Source: Bacteroidia bacterium (GTDB lineage: Bacteria; Bacteroidota; Bacteroidia; AKYH767-A; OLB10). From it: a stretch of DNA of 64,000 nucleotides. Shown here one piece after another: positions 20,908 to 30,882 of the stretch (its first letter is position 1; each line of letters opens with the position of its first letter). The DNA is taken from positions 37,850-101,849 of the forward strand of contig JADLBQ010000022.1 in the NCBI GenBank assembly GCA_020847635.1, read 5' to 3'. Below the pieces are notes generated by a model. The model saw only the letters and a list, made by a program, of their open reading frames with translations, did not search any database and was not told the DNA's origin. The translations under genes were made by a program, and so were the position numbers.

Positions 20908-21546
20908 TTGCAGATAGTATTACTGAAAATGAGATTTTTTTTTGTTTTGCTGCTGTTGATGTGCCTGCAACACTCTGCTCTGGTTGGCCAGGACAGCAAT
21001 CAAATTGCGATACAACACTTACCTGACGGAGTCTATTTAAGTTATGAAGAAATCAGAGAGATGAAACCCTCGTTGGTACAAGCACAATTATTTCGTTCAA
21101 TGTACGATACCGGTTTTACCATTTACCAATGGTCAAGATCGCCATCTCATTATTATTTTGATAAAGACAGTAATAAAACATCCTTGCAGACAGACCAGAT
21201 TGTTTTATTTTCAGAAGGCGGTACGGTGTATATTCAGCAACACGCGTTCTTTCATAAAGCAAGTTTATTTGGTGCCATTACTGTTTTCACGGAAGTATAT
21301 CCTAAAATAAGTACTCCGATGGCTGTTGCCATTACAGATGTCAATGGAAGTGCCCGTGACCGGATGCTGGATATTGAAAGTAAATCAATAATGGACTATA
21401 CGCTGTTAAACTTTCAGTCAATTCTTAAGAGAGATAAAGAGCTTTACAGGGAGTTTATGAAAATAAAGTCTGCTAAGCAGCGAAGGCGACAGGTTTATCG
21501 GTTTATTGAAAGATATAATCAGCGGAATCCGTTTTATTCTGAATAA
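20908..21546 (+). CDS. Secreted hypothetical protein
   Basis: 212 aa with a probable signal peptide ('MRFFFVLLLLMCLQHSALVGQ'). The true start may be the internal Met at 20929. I recognise no family. Confidence 0.4.
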   Translation: MQIVLLKMRFFFVLLLLMCLQHSALVGQDSNQIAIQHLPDGVYLSYEEIREMKPSLVQAQLFRSMYDTGFTIYQWSRSPSHYYFDKDSNKTSLQTDQIVLFSEGGTVYIQQHAFFHKASLFGAITVFTEVYPKISTPMAVAITDVNGSARDRMLDIESKSIMDYTLLNFQSILKRDKELYREFMKIKSAKQRRRQVYRFIERYNQRNPFYSE

Positions 21547-21588
21547 AAAACAATTATGTAAGCCGTTCCACTGGGTACGAAAAGAATA

Positions 21589-22788
21589 TTATTCTGTCAC
21601 TTCTTTTTTTGTTTCTCCGAATCTGAATGACAAACTAAAGCGAAGTGTATTCTCAAGCGGATTGCGTTGTTCAGTTGGAATCAGGTAAGAGAAATCAAGG
21701 CCAAAAGTACTGTATCGTAAACCGGCTCCCAGTGTAAAATATTTACGATTTCCTTTTAAAGCTGATTCAAAGAAATAGCCTACCCGGAATGCAAATTGCT
21801 TGTCATACCAATATTCGGCACCACCGGCAATATTAATTTCCTTAAGTTCTTCCTTAAACCCATCCGGAGCATCACTGAATGACTGGAACATTCCTGCAGC
21901 AACACCAACTTTCGGATCTTTACCATACAGAATGAGTTCATTGCCGACTGAGTCAGATGAATAAACAGGCGGAGTTGGAACTAAAAGTTTATTGAAGTCG
22001 AGGTTAAAGGCAAGTTCATTGAAATCATTTAGTTTGAGTTTTAATCCAGGTCCGAATCGCAGATTGATAGGAATAAAATCCTTGTCACCGGTTTCCGTGT
22101 AAGAAATTTTAGAACCGATATTGGTAATTGCCAGACCGGCAGTTAAAACGGCAGGCTTCTGACCCACTTCCACATCTTTTTGATAAAACACAGCAATGTC
22201 AGCAGCAACCGAATTCCCCGGTTTGGAAGTTACTCCACTGCCTGGGATAGGAATTCCACCGGTCAGGTTTGAATGGATATAACGCAAAGCAATCCCGCCA
22301 GAAAATTCTTCTCCGAGTTTACGGGCGTAAGCAACATCCAAAGCAAATTCACTCGGGTTAAAAGAGCCAATTGAACCACCGGTTGCATCTGTAAAATCAA
22401 TTTGTCCTAGTGAGAAAAAACGGACTGAGCCACCAACTGCCTGATCGGGTTTGGGTTTATAATAACCCGTTGCATACGCCAGGTAAATGTCATTGACCAG
22501 TTGTCTTAACCAAGGAGTGTACGATACAGATCCAAGTCCCTTACCATTGTAGAAAGCCATTTTAGCCGGATTCCAGTGAATTGCATGAGCATCGGGTTCT
22601 GTAGCGATGCCTGCATCACCCATACCGCCCTGTCTGGCATCCGGAGAAATCAGCAAAAACGGGACTGCTGTAGTAATAGTATTAAGCTGACCAAGAAGAT
22701 TTGATTTATCCTGCTGAGCGTTCAAACCGGTGAAAACAAAGATGAAAAGGCTCAACAAAGCCCCTGTCTTACTGATGGTATTTCGCAT
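21589..22788 (-). CDS. porV: Type IX secretion system outer-membrane shuttle/porin PorV (LptO)
   Basis: 399 aa with a signal peptide. The conserved PorV N-terminal motif 'TITTAVPFLLISPDARQGGMGDAGIATEPDAHAIHWNPAKMAF' is present. It has a beta-barrel-like composition ending in an aromatic residue, and lies immediately downstream of porU. Confidence 0.7.
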   Translation of the reverse strand: MRNTISKTGALLSLFIFVFTGLNAQQDKSNLLGQLNTITTAVPFLLISPDARQGGMGDAGIATEPDAHAIHWNPAKMAFYNGKGLGSVSYTPWLRQLVNDIYLAYATGYYKPKPDQAVGGSVRFFSLGQIDFTDATGGSIGSFNPSEFALDVAYARKLGEEFSGGIALRYIHSNLTGGIPIPGSGVTSKPGNSVAADIAVFYQKDVEVGQKPAVLTAGLAITNIGSKISYTETGDKDFIPINLRFGPGLKLKLNDFNELAFNLDFNKLLVPTPPVYSSDSVGNELILYGKDPKVGVAAGMFQSFSDAPDGFKEELKEINIAGGAEYWYDKQFAFRVGYFFESALKGNRKYFTLGAGLRYSTFGLDFSYLIPTEQRNPLENTLRFSLSFRFGETKKEVTE

Positions 22789-22903
22789 GATTAAGTAGAA
22801 TCAGATTTATAAGATTAAAACGGGATTGTAAACGATAAAAACAGGCTATTGTTGCATTATAAAGGGGGGCAAATATAAAAAGCCGGACGGAATGCGTTAA
22901 TGA

Positions 22904-25900
22904 TTATCGCAACAATACTAATTTCTCATATTTTTCGGCATATGCACCTTTGTCATTGCGTACCCTTAATCTGTAAATATAAACTCCACGGCCAATGTGG
23001 TCTCCGAATTCATCTTTACCATCCCATTCAATGCCATTGTTTCTAAAGCCTTCGCTTGTCACTCGTTGATTTAATGTTTTAACCAGTTTGCCGGTTATTG
23101 TAAATACCTGGATCTGTATATCCAGTCTGGCACCAGCCTGGTTATGCTCAAAATAAAATTGAGTATTTGTGGTAAACGGATTAGGATAGTTCAGTACATG
23201 TTTTAAAGCGATTTCGGCTGAAGAAGCAACAGTAAATTCAGTATAAGCATCGGAGGAATTGTTATAAATATCCCAGACTTTCAGCTTGACAGAATGATTT
23301 CCTTCACTGAGATCTTTAAGCTGGTAAATGATTTTTCCTTTTTGAAAATTATCAAGATCAGCTTCATAGAAGTCATTGAGAACATATACTGGATCAGATT
23401 CATTATCAAGCATGGCGGTAATGTCATGTCCGATGCCGTTCCCAACGGTATTTATACCGCTTTCATCAGCAACGATGGCATATATTACTGGGTTTTCATT
23501 AGTTACACCTCCAAATACAAACTGTTCATCATTCATATAAAGTTTCAGATCCGGGCTGGTATTATCAGTCAGTGCATTCTCATTAAGACCACCAATAATT
23601 ATTTCATCATAAAATCCTGAGGCATCATCATTCCCATTCTGAGCATAAAAGCTGAGTCTTCCTTTTCCGAAGTTGTATGCAATATCTTTTGGAACAATAA
23701 AGGTGAAACTAAATGACCCCTTCACAACCCGTGCTTTACCTTTAAAGAGAATATTCTTTTGAAGTTCAAACGTACGCTGAGGGCTGCTTCCATCATTGCT
23801 GAGCGTTTTCATAACTGAAGCTTTATCATAAACCGTAGGATAAATAATGCCGTTAAAAGTGTTCATAACCGTTCCGTTATTTCTGACTTCACCTTTAAAG
23901 GTCACTTTAGATAATGCCCTGATGGTATCATTTACACCATTGAGTGGCTGGGCATTAATTTCTGTTGCAACAATATCATAATGTGGATAAGCAAGTCTTA
24001 CAGCCGGATCTCCAAGCAGGGTAAAATTTCGTGCATTGTCATTCGGATAGTCTCGTTTAGAATTCAGATACACGTCTCCCAGTCTTGGCATCTCATTATT
24101 CACCGGTTCAAATAACCTGCGAAAAACAAATTTATTGAGAATGGCATTCTGATAAGCGTAAACTAACCGGGTGGTAGTATAAAGTCCAATACCACCACCA
24201 TCACTTTTTAGCAGTACGTATTCCCCTGAAGAAGTCCGGGCTGGATCATCAAACCGGCTGAATTCACAGGTGGCTGTAATGAAAAGAGGCATCCGGTAAG
24301 AATTTTTCCAGCTGTTAATCATGCTATTATCCAGAATTTTTTCATGAGCCCAGCCTAATTCACCCCCATGACCAACATAGTTTATCAGCAATGCTCCTTT
24401 GTTTACCCTGTTATCAATTGCTGTATTCACATCCGGATATCGCTGTCCTCCGGCAGTTGAAATCTGCTGATAGGCATCCAGGTATATTTTGTCAATGTTA
24501 AAACGTTCTGAAAAGGAGTTTAGGTTTTTCATTAACGTATCGGACTGATCAATGTAAGCGCTTCCGTCTTCATCATCAGCAACAAAACAAACAATATTCC
24601 GCCAGTCACCTAAAGGAGTGTTCACTTCATTCTCAGCCACAGACATACTGGCAGCACCAGTCTGAACATAGCGGTAAATCTTATCTACCATTGAAGCTGC
24701 TTCGGCCTTTGATTTGGCAGGTAGCCTGCCAATTCCAATATCCAGAAGATCTGTATTACTGCCTGAAGGCCAGGCACCTTCACTATCATCCAGAAGTCCA
24801 AAAAAATCATCTGACTGGTATGAACCTAAAACAGATAAACTGTTTTCACTTTGATAAGTTGGAATGAAATTAGTATTAGCTGCACTTTCTGTTTTGTTAT
24901 CATACGAGCCATCACCAAACAATAACAAGTACTTTGGGTAATCACCGTTACTGCGGTCATACATCATTTTTACAAAATCACGGATTGCCGGAACATCGTA
25001 AGTCCCGCCTGAGAATTCATTAAACACCTGGTTAATATCGACTACATGAACCGTTAGTCCTTCATGAGTCCGGTGTAAATCTGCCAAACGGTTAGCCTGG
25101 ATAATAAACAACGGATGACTGACTATGATCATATCCGCAGGTCCTAATGCATGCAAGTTCTGATTTGGAACCATACCTTTCAGAACAGGCGTATAAGCAG
25201 CCTGATTCCTGAATAAGACAAACTCTCTCAGGTTGGTAGCATCTGCAGTGAATGATCCGGTTTGATCAACCGGTTGTTCGGCAACTTGATAGGGGTCAGT
25301 AACATCCCAGACCCGGTTAGTCGAGGTAAATCCCTGAATGATATACAGTGCCTGTGCATTTCCACCTATAAAAGCAGCTCTGTCACTAAAAGTAAATTGC
25401 GAACTGGAAACAGCCAATGTCCTGCGTGCATTGATCTCAATAAAGTCTAAATAACCGACTGATGACGGTGCAGCAGGATTATAGCTATAGGTGATGTCAA
25501 AGACTACTCCGCTTCCGGAAGTGTTAAAGTTTCCGGTACAGTTTTTCAGTTTGCCGTAATCTTCGTAAACCCCGTTACCAATGGTTGGCATCGTTGCCGT
25601 ACAGACTTGCTGGCCTCCGGAGTTAACAAGGAAAGAATGAGCCATTGTTGACCTGGCCATAAAACCGATATTATACCATACCGGGCTGGAAGATACCAGG
25701 TTAGGAATATTGAAACTGAAGGATTGCGTGAGGTTGACATCAAACGTTTCACCATAAGCCTGTCTGCCTGATTTAATGTAGTTTTTCAGATTCTGTTCGT
25801 GGAAGGCGAGGTGGTCAACAGTTGTAACATTAAAATCACCGGGTTGAGGAGTCAGTAAAGGAGCAGGTTGAATTCGTTTTGCCGGGCCAGGCAGATCTGC

Positions 25901-26797
25901 TGTTACAAAATAAAAGTTATAATCTGAGTACAGGTGTTTACTGTGCTGATAGCGGCTGGTCAATGGATTGAAAACCCATCTGTCCGGTGATCTGCCGTAA
26001 AAAAGAATGTAATCGGAATTGTTGAAAATACCATCGGCTTCACCCACTACTTCAATTGCATTTTCAATAAGGTCGTCCGGTCTGGAAAGACTGTTTAATT
26101 CAGGTAACATTCCAATTCCGTTTCCAAAAATTCTGATATTTCGGGGATCCAATGAGGACATATCAAATCCCAATTGCCTGAGGGAATTATAATCAAGTTT
26201 ATAAACGCCATCCTCCTTAACAGCAATTTTATACCAGGTTCCTGATGCCAGAACTGAGTTGGAAGCCCATGTATGAGATGAAGTTTTTAATCCCATTTTT
26301 TTACCTGTTGGCAACAGGCGGATACTGAAAGCAGTCAGTTTTTCAAAGCTGTTTCCCGATTTTCGTATTGGTAAAAAGGAAACAGTAATAAATGCTTTTT
26401 TTCGTGAAAGTCCTGTGGACACATGCATTTGGATTTCTGTAAATAATCGTTCGGGACTTCGGATAAGTGATGTTTCGTTCAACGGCTGAAAGACGGTATT
26501 CTCAAGTGAAGCAGTCAGTTCATTCAAACCATATTTTGCAGGAACGGGAAGGGTAATTGAGAAGGAGGGCAGATGGTTATTTGAAATTGAATAATAAGCA
26601 CCTTCAAAATTAAGTACTTCAATGTGCTCCTCTTCATTTAACTGATAAGTTTTCGGTTGATTCCACTTTAATTCAAAGGATATCAGATCGGCAGAATCCT
26701 GTGCTTTAAGAACCAAATGCGTCAGGCAACAAAGAAGCAAAGTAAAAGCTGGAAAGATTATCAGTCTGATATGCATAGTTGAAAAATAAGAACCCAA
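22904..26797 (-). CDS. porU: Type IX secretion system C-terminal signal peptidase PorU (C25 gingipain-like)
   Basis: 1297 aa with a signal peptide. It has a gingipain-like catalytic His ('YVGHGGELGW') and Cys ('ITATCEFSRFDD') and a C-terminal beta-sandwich tail. Its position upstream of porV supports the call. The true start may be Met at 26776. Confidence 0.7.
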   Translation of the reverse strand: MGSYFSTMHIRLIIFPAFTLLLCCLTHLVLKAQDSADLISFELKWNQPKTYQLNEEEHIEVLNFEGAYYSISNNHLPSFSITLPVPAKYGLNELTASLENTVFQPLNETSLIRSPERLFTEIQMHVSTGLSRKKAFITVSFLPIRKSGNSFEKLTAFSIRLLPTGKKMGLKTSSHTWASNSVLASGTWYKIAVKEDGVYKLDYNSLRQLGFDMSSLDPRNIRIFGNGIGMLPELNSLSRPDDLIENAIEVVGEADGIFNNSDYILFYGRSPDRWVFNPLTSRYQHSKHLYSDYNFYFVTADLPGPAKRIQPAPLLTPQPGDFNVTTVDHLAFHEQNLKNYIKSGRQAYGETFDVNLTQSFSFNIPNLVSSSPVWYNIGFMARSTMAHSFLVNSGGQQVCTATMPTIGNGVYEDYGKLKNCTGNFNTSGSGVVFDITYSYNPAAPSSVGYLDFIEINARRTLAVSSSQFTFSDRAAFIGGNAQALYIIQGFTSTNRVWDVTDPYQVAEQPVDQTGSFTADATNLREFVLFRNQAAYTPVLKGMVPNQNLHALGPADMIIVSHPLFIIQANRLADLHRTHEGLTVHVVDINQVFNEFSGGTYDVPAIRDFVKMMYDRSNGDYPKYLLLFGDGSYDNKTESAANTNFIPTYQSENSLSVLGSYQSDDFFGLLDDSEGAWPSGSNTDLLDIGIGRLPAKSKAEAASMVDKIYRYVQTGAASMSVAENEVNTPLGDWRNIVCFVADDEDGSAYIDQSDTLMKNLNSFSERFNIDKIYLDAYQQISTAGGQRYPDVNTAIDNRVNKGALLINYVGHGGELGWAHEKILDNSMINSWKNSYRMPLFITATCEFSRFDDPARTSSGEYVLLKSDGGGIGLYTTTRLVYAYQNAILNKFVFRRLFEPVNNEMPRLGDVYLNSKRDYPNDNARNFTLLGDPAVRLAYPHYDIVATEINAQPLNGVNDTIRALSKVTFKGEVRNNGTVMNTFNGIIYPTVYDKASVMKTLSNDGSSPQRTFELQKNILFKGKARVVKGSFSFTFIVPKDIAYNFGKGRLSFYAQNGNDDASGFYDEIIIGGLNENALTDNTSPDLKLYMNDEQFVFGGVTNENPVIYAIVADESGINTVGNGIGHDITAMLDNESDPVYVLNDFYEADLDNFQKGKIIYQLKDLSEGNHSVKLKVWDIYNNSSDAYTEFTVASSAEIALKHVLNYPNPFTTNTQFYFEHNQAGARLDIQIQVFTITGKLVKTLNQRVTSEGFRNNGIEWDGKDEFGDHIGRGVYIYRLRVRNDKGAYAEKYEKLVLLR

Positions 26798-27001
26798 ATG
26801 TAAACAAGAATGAAGTCAGGGTTTAGCCAGAATCTCATTTTTATAATTGTTATTCAGAAAGGAACAATTATTTTTGTAAAAAAGATTAAAAAGGGAGTTT
26901 ATAACCAAACGGTTGATCCGGAAAATTATTGTAAGAAAATGGCTTTTTTTGAAACCTATCTTTCTTTCTGCGTATAAGTTTTCCAAACACCGGAACCGAG
27001 T

Positions 27002-28000
27002 ATGAAAAAATTATTTACAGTGTTAATGGTTACGTTGTGCCTGAATTCTTTTGCACAAGATCCGCTTTTTACACAATTTTACGCTAATCCCATTTACATT
27101 AACCCTGCATTTGCAGGATCTGTTCGATGTCCCAGGGTCAATATGAATTACCGCAATCAATGGCCGGCCCTAGCCAAAACCTATATTACTTACAATGCTT
27201 CTTATGATCAGCATGTCGATTTATTGAATGGCGGAATTGGCCTTAATATTTTGAATGATAAAGCGGGTGAGGGTACTATTTCAACAACCAATATTGCCGG
27301 TATTTATGCTTACCAGTTAAATATTTCCAGAGATTTCTCTATTCGGTTAGGACTTCAGGCAACTTATGTTCAGAAAAAGCTGGATTGGGATAAACTAACT
27401 TTTGGTGATATGATTGACCCTCGCTACGGATATATCTATGCAACTCAGGAATCCCGTCCAAACGAAAGCCGCTCCTTTGCTGATTTCTCAAGTGGTATTC
27501 TTTTTTATACAAGTTCATTGTATGGAGGGGTTGCAGTGCATCACTTAACAGAACCTGATGAAGCTTTTATTGTACAGGGTACCAGTGAGTTACCAATGAA
27601 AATAACAGCTCATGCCGGAGCCATGATTCCATTGGGCAATACCGGGAGTTACAGATTCTCAGCAAACAGAGATAACGGCTCTTTCCTGTCTCCCAATGCC
27701 ATTTTTCAGCAACAGGCCGGATTTAACTACCTGAATCTGGGAGCATATATTCTTCATTCACCAATTATCGGAGGACTGTGGTTCAGATGCAACCTTACAG
27801 ACGGGCTTTCAGCTGAATCAGCAATTGCCCTGATTGGAATTCAAAAGGGTATATTCAAGTTCGGATATAGTTATGATGTCACAATATCCAAACTGACCAA
27901 TAACACTACAGCAGGATCACATGAAATCAGTTTCGGAATGCAATTTGAATGCAGGCCAAAAAAGAAGCGGTTCCGTACAATAAGCTGCCCTGCATTTTAG
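27002..28000 (+). CDS. Type IX secretion system membrane protein, PorP/SprF family
   Basis: 332 aa with the characteristic N-terminus 'AQDPLFTQFYANPIYINPAFAGS' and a beta-barrel character. Confidence 0.75.
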   Translation: MKKLFTVLMVTLCLNSFAQDPLFTQFYANPIYINPAFAGSVRCPRVNMNYRNQWPALAKTYITYNASYDQHVDLLNGGIGLNILNDKAGEGTISTTNIAGIYAYQLNISRDFSIRLGLQATYVQKKLDWDKLTFGDMIDPRYGYIYATQESRPNESRSFADFSSGILFYTSSLYGGVAVHHLTEPDEAFIVQGTSELPMKITAHAGAMIPLGNTGSYRFSANRDNGSFLSPNAIFQQQAGFNYLNLGAYILHSPIIGGLWFRCNLTDGLSAESAIALIGIQKGIFKFGYSYDVTISKLTNNTTAGSHEISFGMQFECRPKKKRFRTISCPAF

Positions 28001-28064
28001 TTTTGTTAATTCCGATTGAGAAGTATAAATTTGCTCACCATTTAAAAAAAAACAGGGAAAAAGC

Positions 28065-29504
28065 ATGAAAAAATCTATTCTTTTCAGTTCCTTACTGTCG
28101 GCAGGATTATTTCTTTCTACATCCTGCTCAAAGGAAAAATCAGCCGTAACCGGATGGGAATACAATAATGAAAAAAACGGAGGATTTGAAGTCGTGCCAT
28201 ACACTGAACAGGAAACAGGCCCTGGTCTAATCCTGATTGAAGGTGGCACCTTTACCATGGGCAGAACCGAGCAGGATATCGCAATTGACTGGAATAATAT
28301 TCCAAGAAGGATAACTGTTTCGTCTTTTTATATGGATGAGACTGAAATTGCCAACGTTCATTATCTTGAGTACCTCTATTGGTTAGACCGAGTTTTCGGA
28401 ACTGATTATCCGGAAGTTTACCGAAAAGCGTTACCAGACACACTGGTTTGGCGTTCAAAACTAGCTTATCTTGAGCCATTGGTTGAAAACTACCTTCGCC
28501 ATCCGGCATATCAGCAGTATCCCGTAGTTGGAGTAAACTGGCTTCAAGCTAATGACTTTGCAGCTTGGCGAACCGACCGGGTGAATGAAGCAATTTTAAT
28601 TCGTGAAGGAATCTTACGGGTGAATCCAGCTCAGGTGAATGAAGACAATTTTAATACCGATGCCTATCTTGCCGGTCAGTATGAAGGCCTGGTAAAAAGT
28701 GATTTACATGATTATAATCCTAACCGGGATACCCGTAAAGTCCGGATGGAAGACGGAATCTTCTTACCCCGCTACCGCCTGCCCACCGAAGCAGAATGGG
28801 AATATGCTGCTTTAGCTCAGATCGGTAATACAGTTTATGAAAGGGTAACAAATAGAAAGGAATATCCCTGGAATGGACATATTGTTCGGGATGCATCAGA
28901 AAAACATAAAGGTGAAATGCTGGCTAACTTTAAGCGGGGCAGAGGTGATAACATGGGAACTGCCGGTTTCCTGAATGATAATGCTGACATTACTTCTCCG
29001 GTTTTAAATTACATTCCGAATGATTACGGATTGTATAACATGGGTGGTAATGTAGCTGAATGGGTTGCTGATGTTTACCGCGAACTTTCACCTGAAGATA
29101 AGGATGATTTTAATTCTTACCGTGGTAATGTGTTCAAAACCCAGTTAACTGATGAGGAAGGTCAGATTGCTGAAAAAGACAGCCTGGGAAGAATTATGTA
29201 CCGCGATGTTACTGAACAGGAAAATGAAGGACGCAGAAATTACCGGATTGCTGACAACCGTAATTTCCTTGATGGCGATGAACCCGATAACATTGTTTAC
29301 AATTATGGGAATTTTTCGATGGTTGATAATCATGCCCGTATTTATAAGGGTGGTTCATGGAAAGATCGTGCATACTGGATGTCGCCCGGTACTAAACGTT
29401 TTCTTGATGAAAGACTCTCAACCGATTATATCGGATTCCGCTGCGCTATGGCCAGAGTGGGAAGCCCGCTTGGATTTGTTCAGAAAAAGAGAAAAACAAA
29501 ATAA
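28065..29504 (+). CDS. gldJ: Gliding motility lipoprotein GldJ (formylglycine-generating-enzyme/SUMF1-like fold)
   Basis: 479 aa with a lipoprotein signal ('LFLSTSCSK'). The FGE-sulfatase-like region is 'ILIEGGTFTMG...', 'RLPTEAEWEYAA' and 'DYIGFRCA'. Its position upstream of murF supports the call. Confidence 0.75.
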   Translation: MKKSILFSSLLSAGLFLSTSCSKEKSAVTGWEYNNEKNGGFEVVPYTEQETGPGLILIEGGTFTMGRTEQDIAIDWNNIPRRITVSSFYMDETEIANVHYLEYLYWLDRVFGTDYPEVYRKALPDTLVWRSKLAYLEPLVENYLRHPAYQQYPVVGVNWLQANDFAAWRTDRVNEAILIREGILRVNPAQVNEDNFNTDAYLAGQYEGLVKSDLHDYNPNRDTRKVRMEDGIFLPRYRLPTEAEWEYAALAQIGNTVYERVTNRKEYPWNGHIVRDASEKHKGEMLANFKRGRGDNMGTAGFLNDNADITSPVLNYIPNDYGLYNMGGNVAEWVADVYRELSPEDKDDFNSYRGNVFKTQLTDEEGQIAEKDSLGRIMYRDVTEQENEGRRNYRIADNRNFLDGDEPDNIVYNYGNFSMVDNHARIYKGGSWKDRAYWMSPGTKRFLDERLSTDYIGFRCAMARVGSPLGFVQKKRKTK

Positions 29505-29571
29505 TTCAGTTAAGAACTTTAAGACACGCCTCAGCCATTAAACACTGGGGCGTTTTTATTTTTACAACCGG

Positions 29572-30882
29572 ATGCTGATTGAAAAAATTTATTCCTCCTG
29601 GAACGAATGTGAGCGAAAGTTGACTACCGATAGCAGAAAAATTATTCCTGGTGGAATCTTTTTTGCTTTGCGGGGTGAACAGTTCAACGGAAATGAGTTT
29701 GCAAAGGAAGCACTTGACAAAGGGGCAGCTTATGCCATCATTGATGATGAAAAATTTGCAGTCAGTAAAAAGACAATCCTGGTTCCTGATACCTTAACAG
29801 CTTTACAGGAGCTGGCAACCTATCACCGGCTTACATTAAAAAACACCAGGTTTATTGCCTTAACCGGGAGCAATGGTAAAACGACTACAAAGGAACTGAT
29901 CAGGAGTGTTCTGTCAATGAAATTTAAGGTTTGTGCAACAAGAGGAAATCTGAATAATCATATCGGAGTCCCGTTAACCCTTCTTAATGTATTCGGGAAT
30001 GATGCATTTGCTGTAATTGAAATGGGGGCTAATCATCAGCTTGAAATTGCTGAACTATGTAAAATCGTCTTGCCTGATTTTGGAATCGTAACGAATATCG
30101 GGAAAGCACATCTTGAAGGCTTTGGCGGATTTGAAGGAGTGATTAAAGGAAAGGGAGAAATGTACGACTTCCTGAAAGAGCATCACCGGAGTATTTTTTT
30201 GCATGCTGATAATTCCATTCTCCTGAATCGGTGCGGTAACTATGATAAGCTGATTACCTATGGAACTTCTGAGAAATACTTTTGTTGCGGTTCCTATACT
30301 CTGAAAGACGATTGTATCCGGCTGACCTGGAAGACCCAATCCGGTTCGGGCATTGCTCAGTCAAATTTATCAGGAGAATATAATTTTGAAAATCTACTTG
30401 CAGCAGCGTGTATTGGCAGTTATTTTAATCTTACTGAAACAGAAATTAAAATCGGAATTGAATCCTATCAACCTGATAATCAGCGGTCACAAATTCTACG
30501 GACTAGGAATTCGGTTTTAATCCTGGATTATTACAATGCAAATCCGACAAGTATGACAGCGGCTATTAAAAACCTGGCAGATAATTTCAGCGGGAAAAGG
30601 GTAGCTGTACTTGGTGACATGCTGGAGCTTGGAAATCATTCGGAAGAAGAGCACCGCAATATTATTCAACTTCTCAGCCAGAGCAGTATTGATGACGTGA
30701 TTCTGGTCGGTAATCATTTTATGAAACTGAAATCGTTACTTTCAAAAGGACATTTTTTCAGCACTTCAGAAAGCGCTGCCGAATACCTTAAAAAACACAA
30801 ACCTGTTAACTCAACGGTTTTGATAAAAGGTTCCAGAGGCTCCCGAATGGAAATTGCCGCTGAAGTATTGGTTGCTGGGTAA
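29572..30882 (+). CDS. murF: UDP-N-acetylmuramoyl-tripeptide--D-alanyl-D-alanine ligase
   Basis: 436 aa with Mur ligase motifs 'LTGSNGKTTTKE', 'NLNNHIGVPLTLL' and 'GKAHLEGFGGFEGV'. Confidence 0.85.
   Translation: MLIEKIYSSWNECERKLTTDSRKIIPGGIFFALRGEQFNGNEFAKEALDKGAAYAIIDDEKFAVSKKTILVPDTLTALQELATYHRLTLKNTRFIALTGSNGKTTTKELIRSVLSMKFKVCATRGNLNNHIGVPLTLLNVFGNDAFAVIEMGANHQLEIAELCKIVLPDFGIVTNIGKAHLEGFGGFEGVIKGKGEMYDFLKEHHRSIFLHADNSILLNRCGNYDKLITYGTSEKYFCCGSYTLKDDCIRLTWKTQSGSGIAQSNLSGEYNFENLLAAACIGSYFNLTETEIKIGIESYQPDNQRSQILRTRNSVLILDYYNANPTSMTAAIKNLADNFSGKRVAVLGDMLELGNHSEEEHRNIIQLLSQSSIDDVILVGNHFMKLKSLLSKGHFFSTSESAAEYLKKHKPVNSTVLIKGSRGSRMEIAAEVLVAG

Noticed and set aside
23294-23620. 108-aa plus-strand ORF inside porU
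   Set aside because: It is on the opposite strand from a well-supported 1297-aa gene. The Ile/Phe/Lys-rich translation is typical of AT-rich antisense frames.
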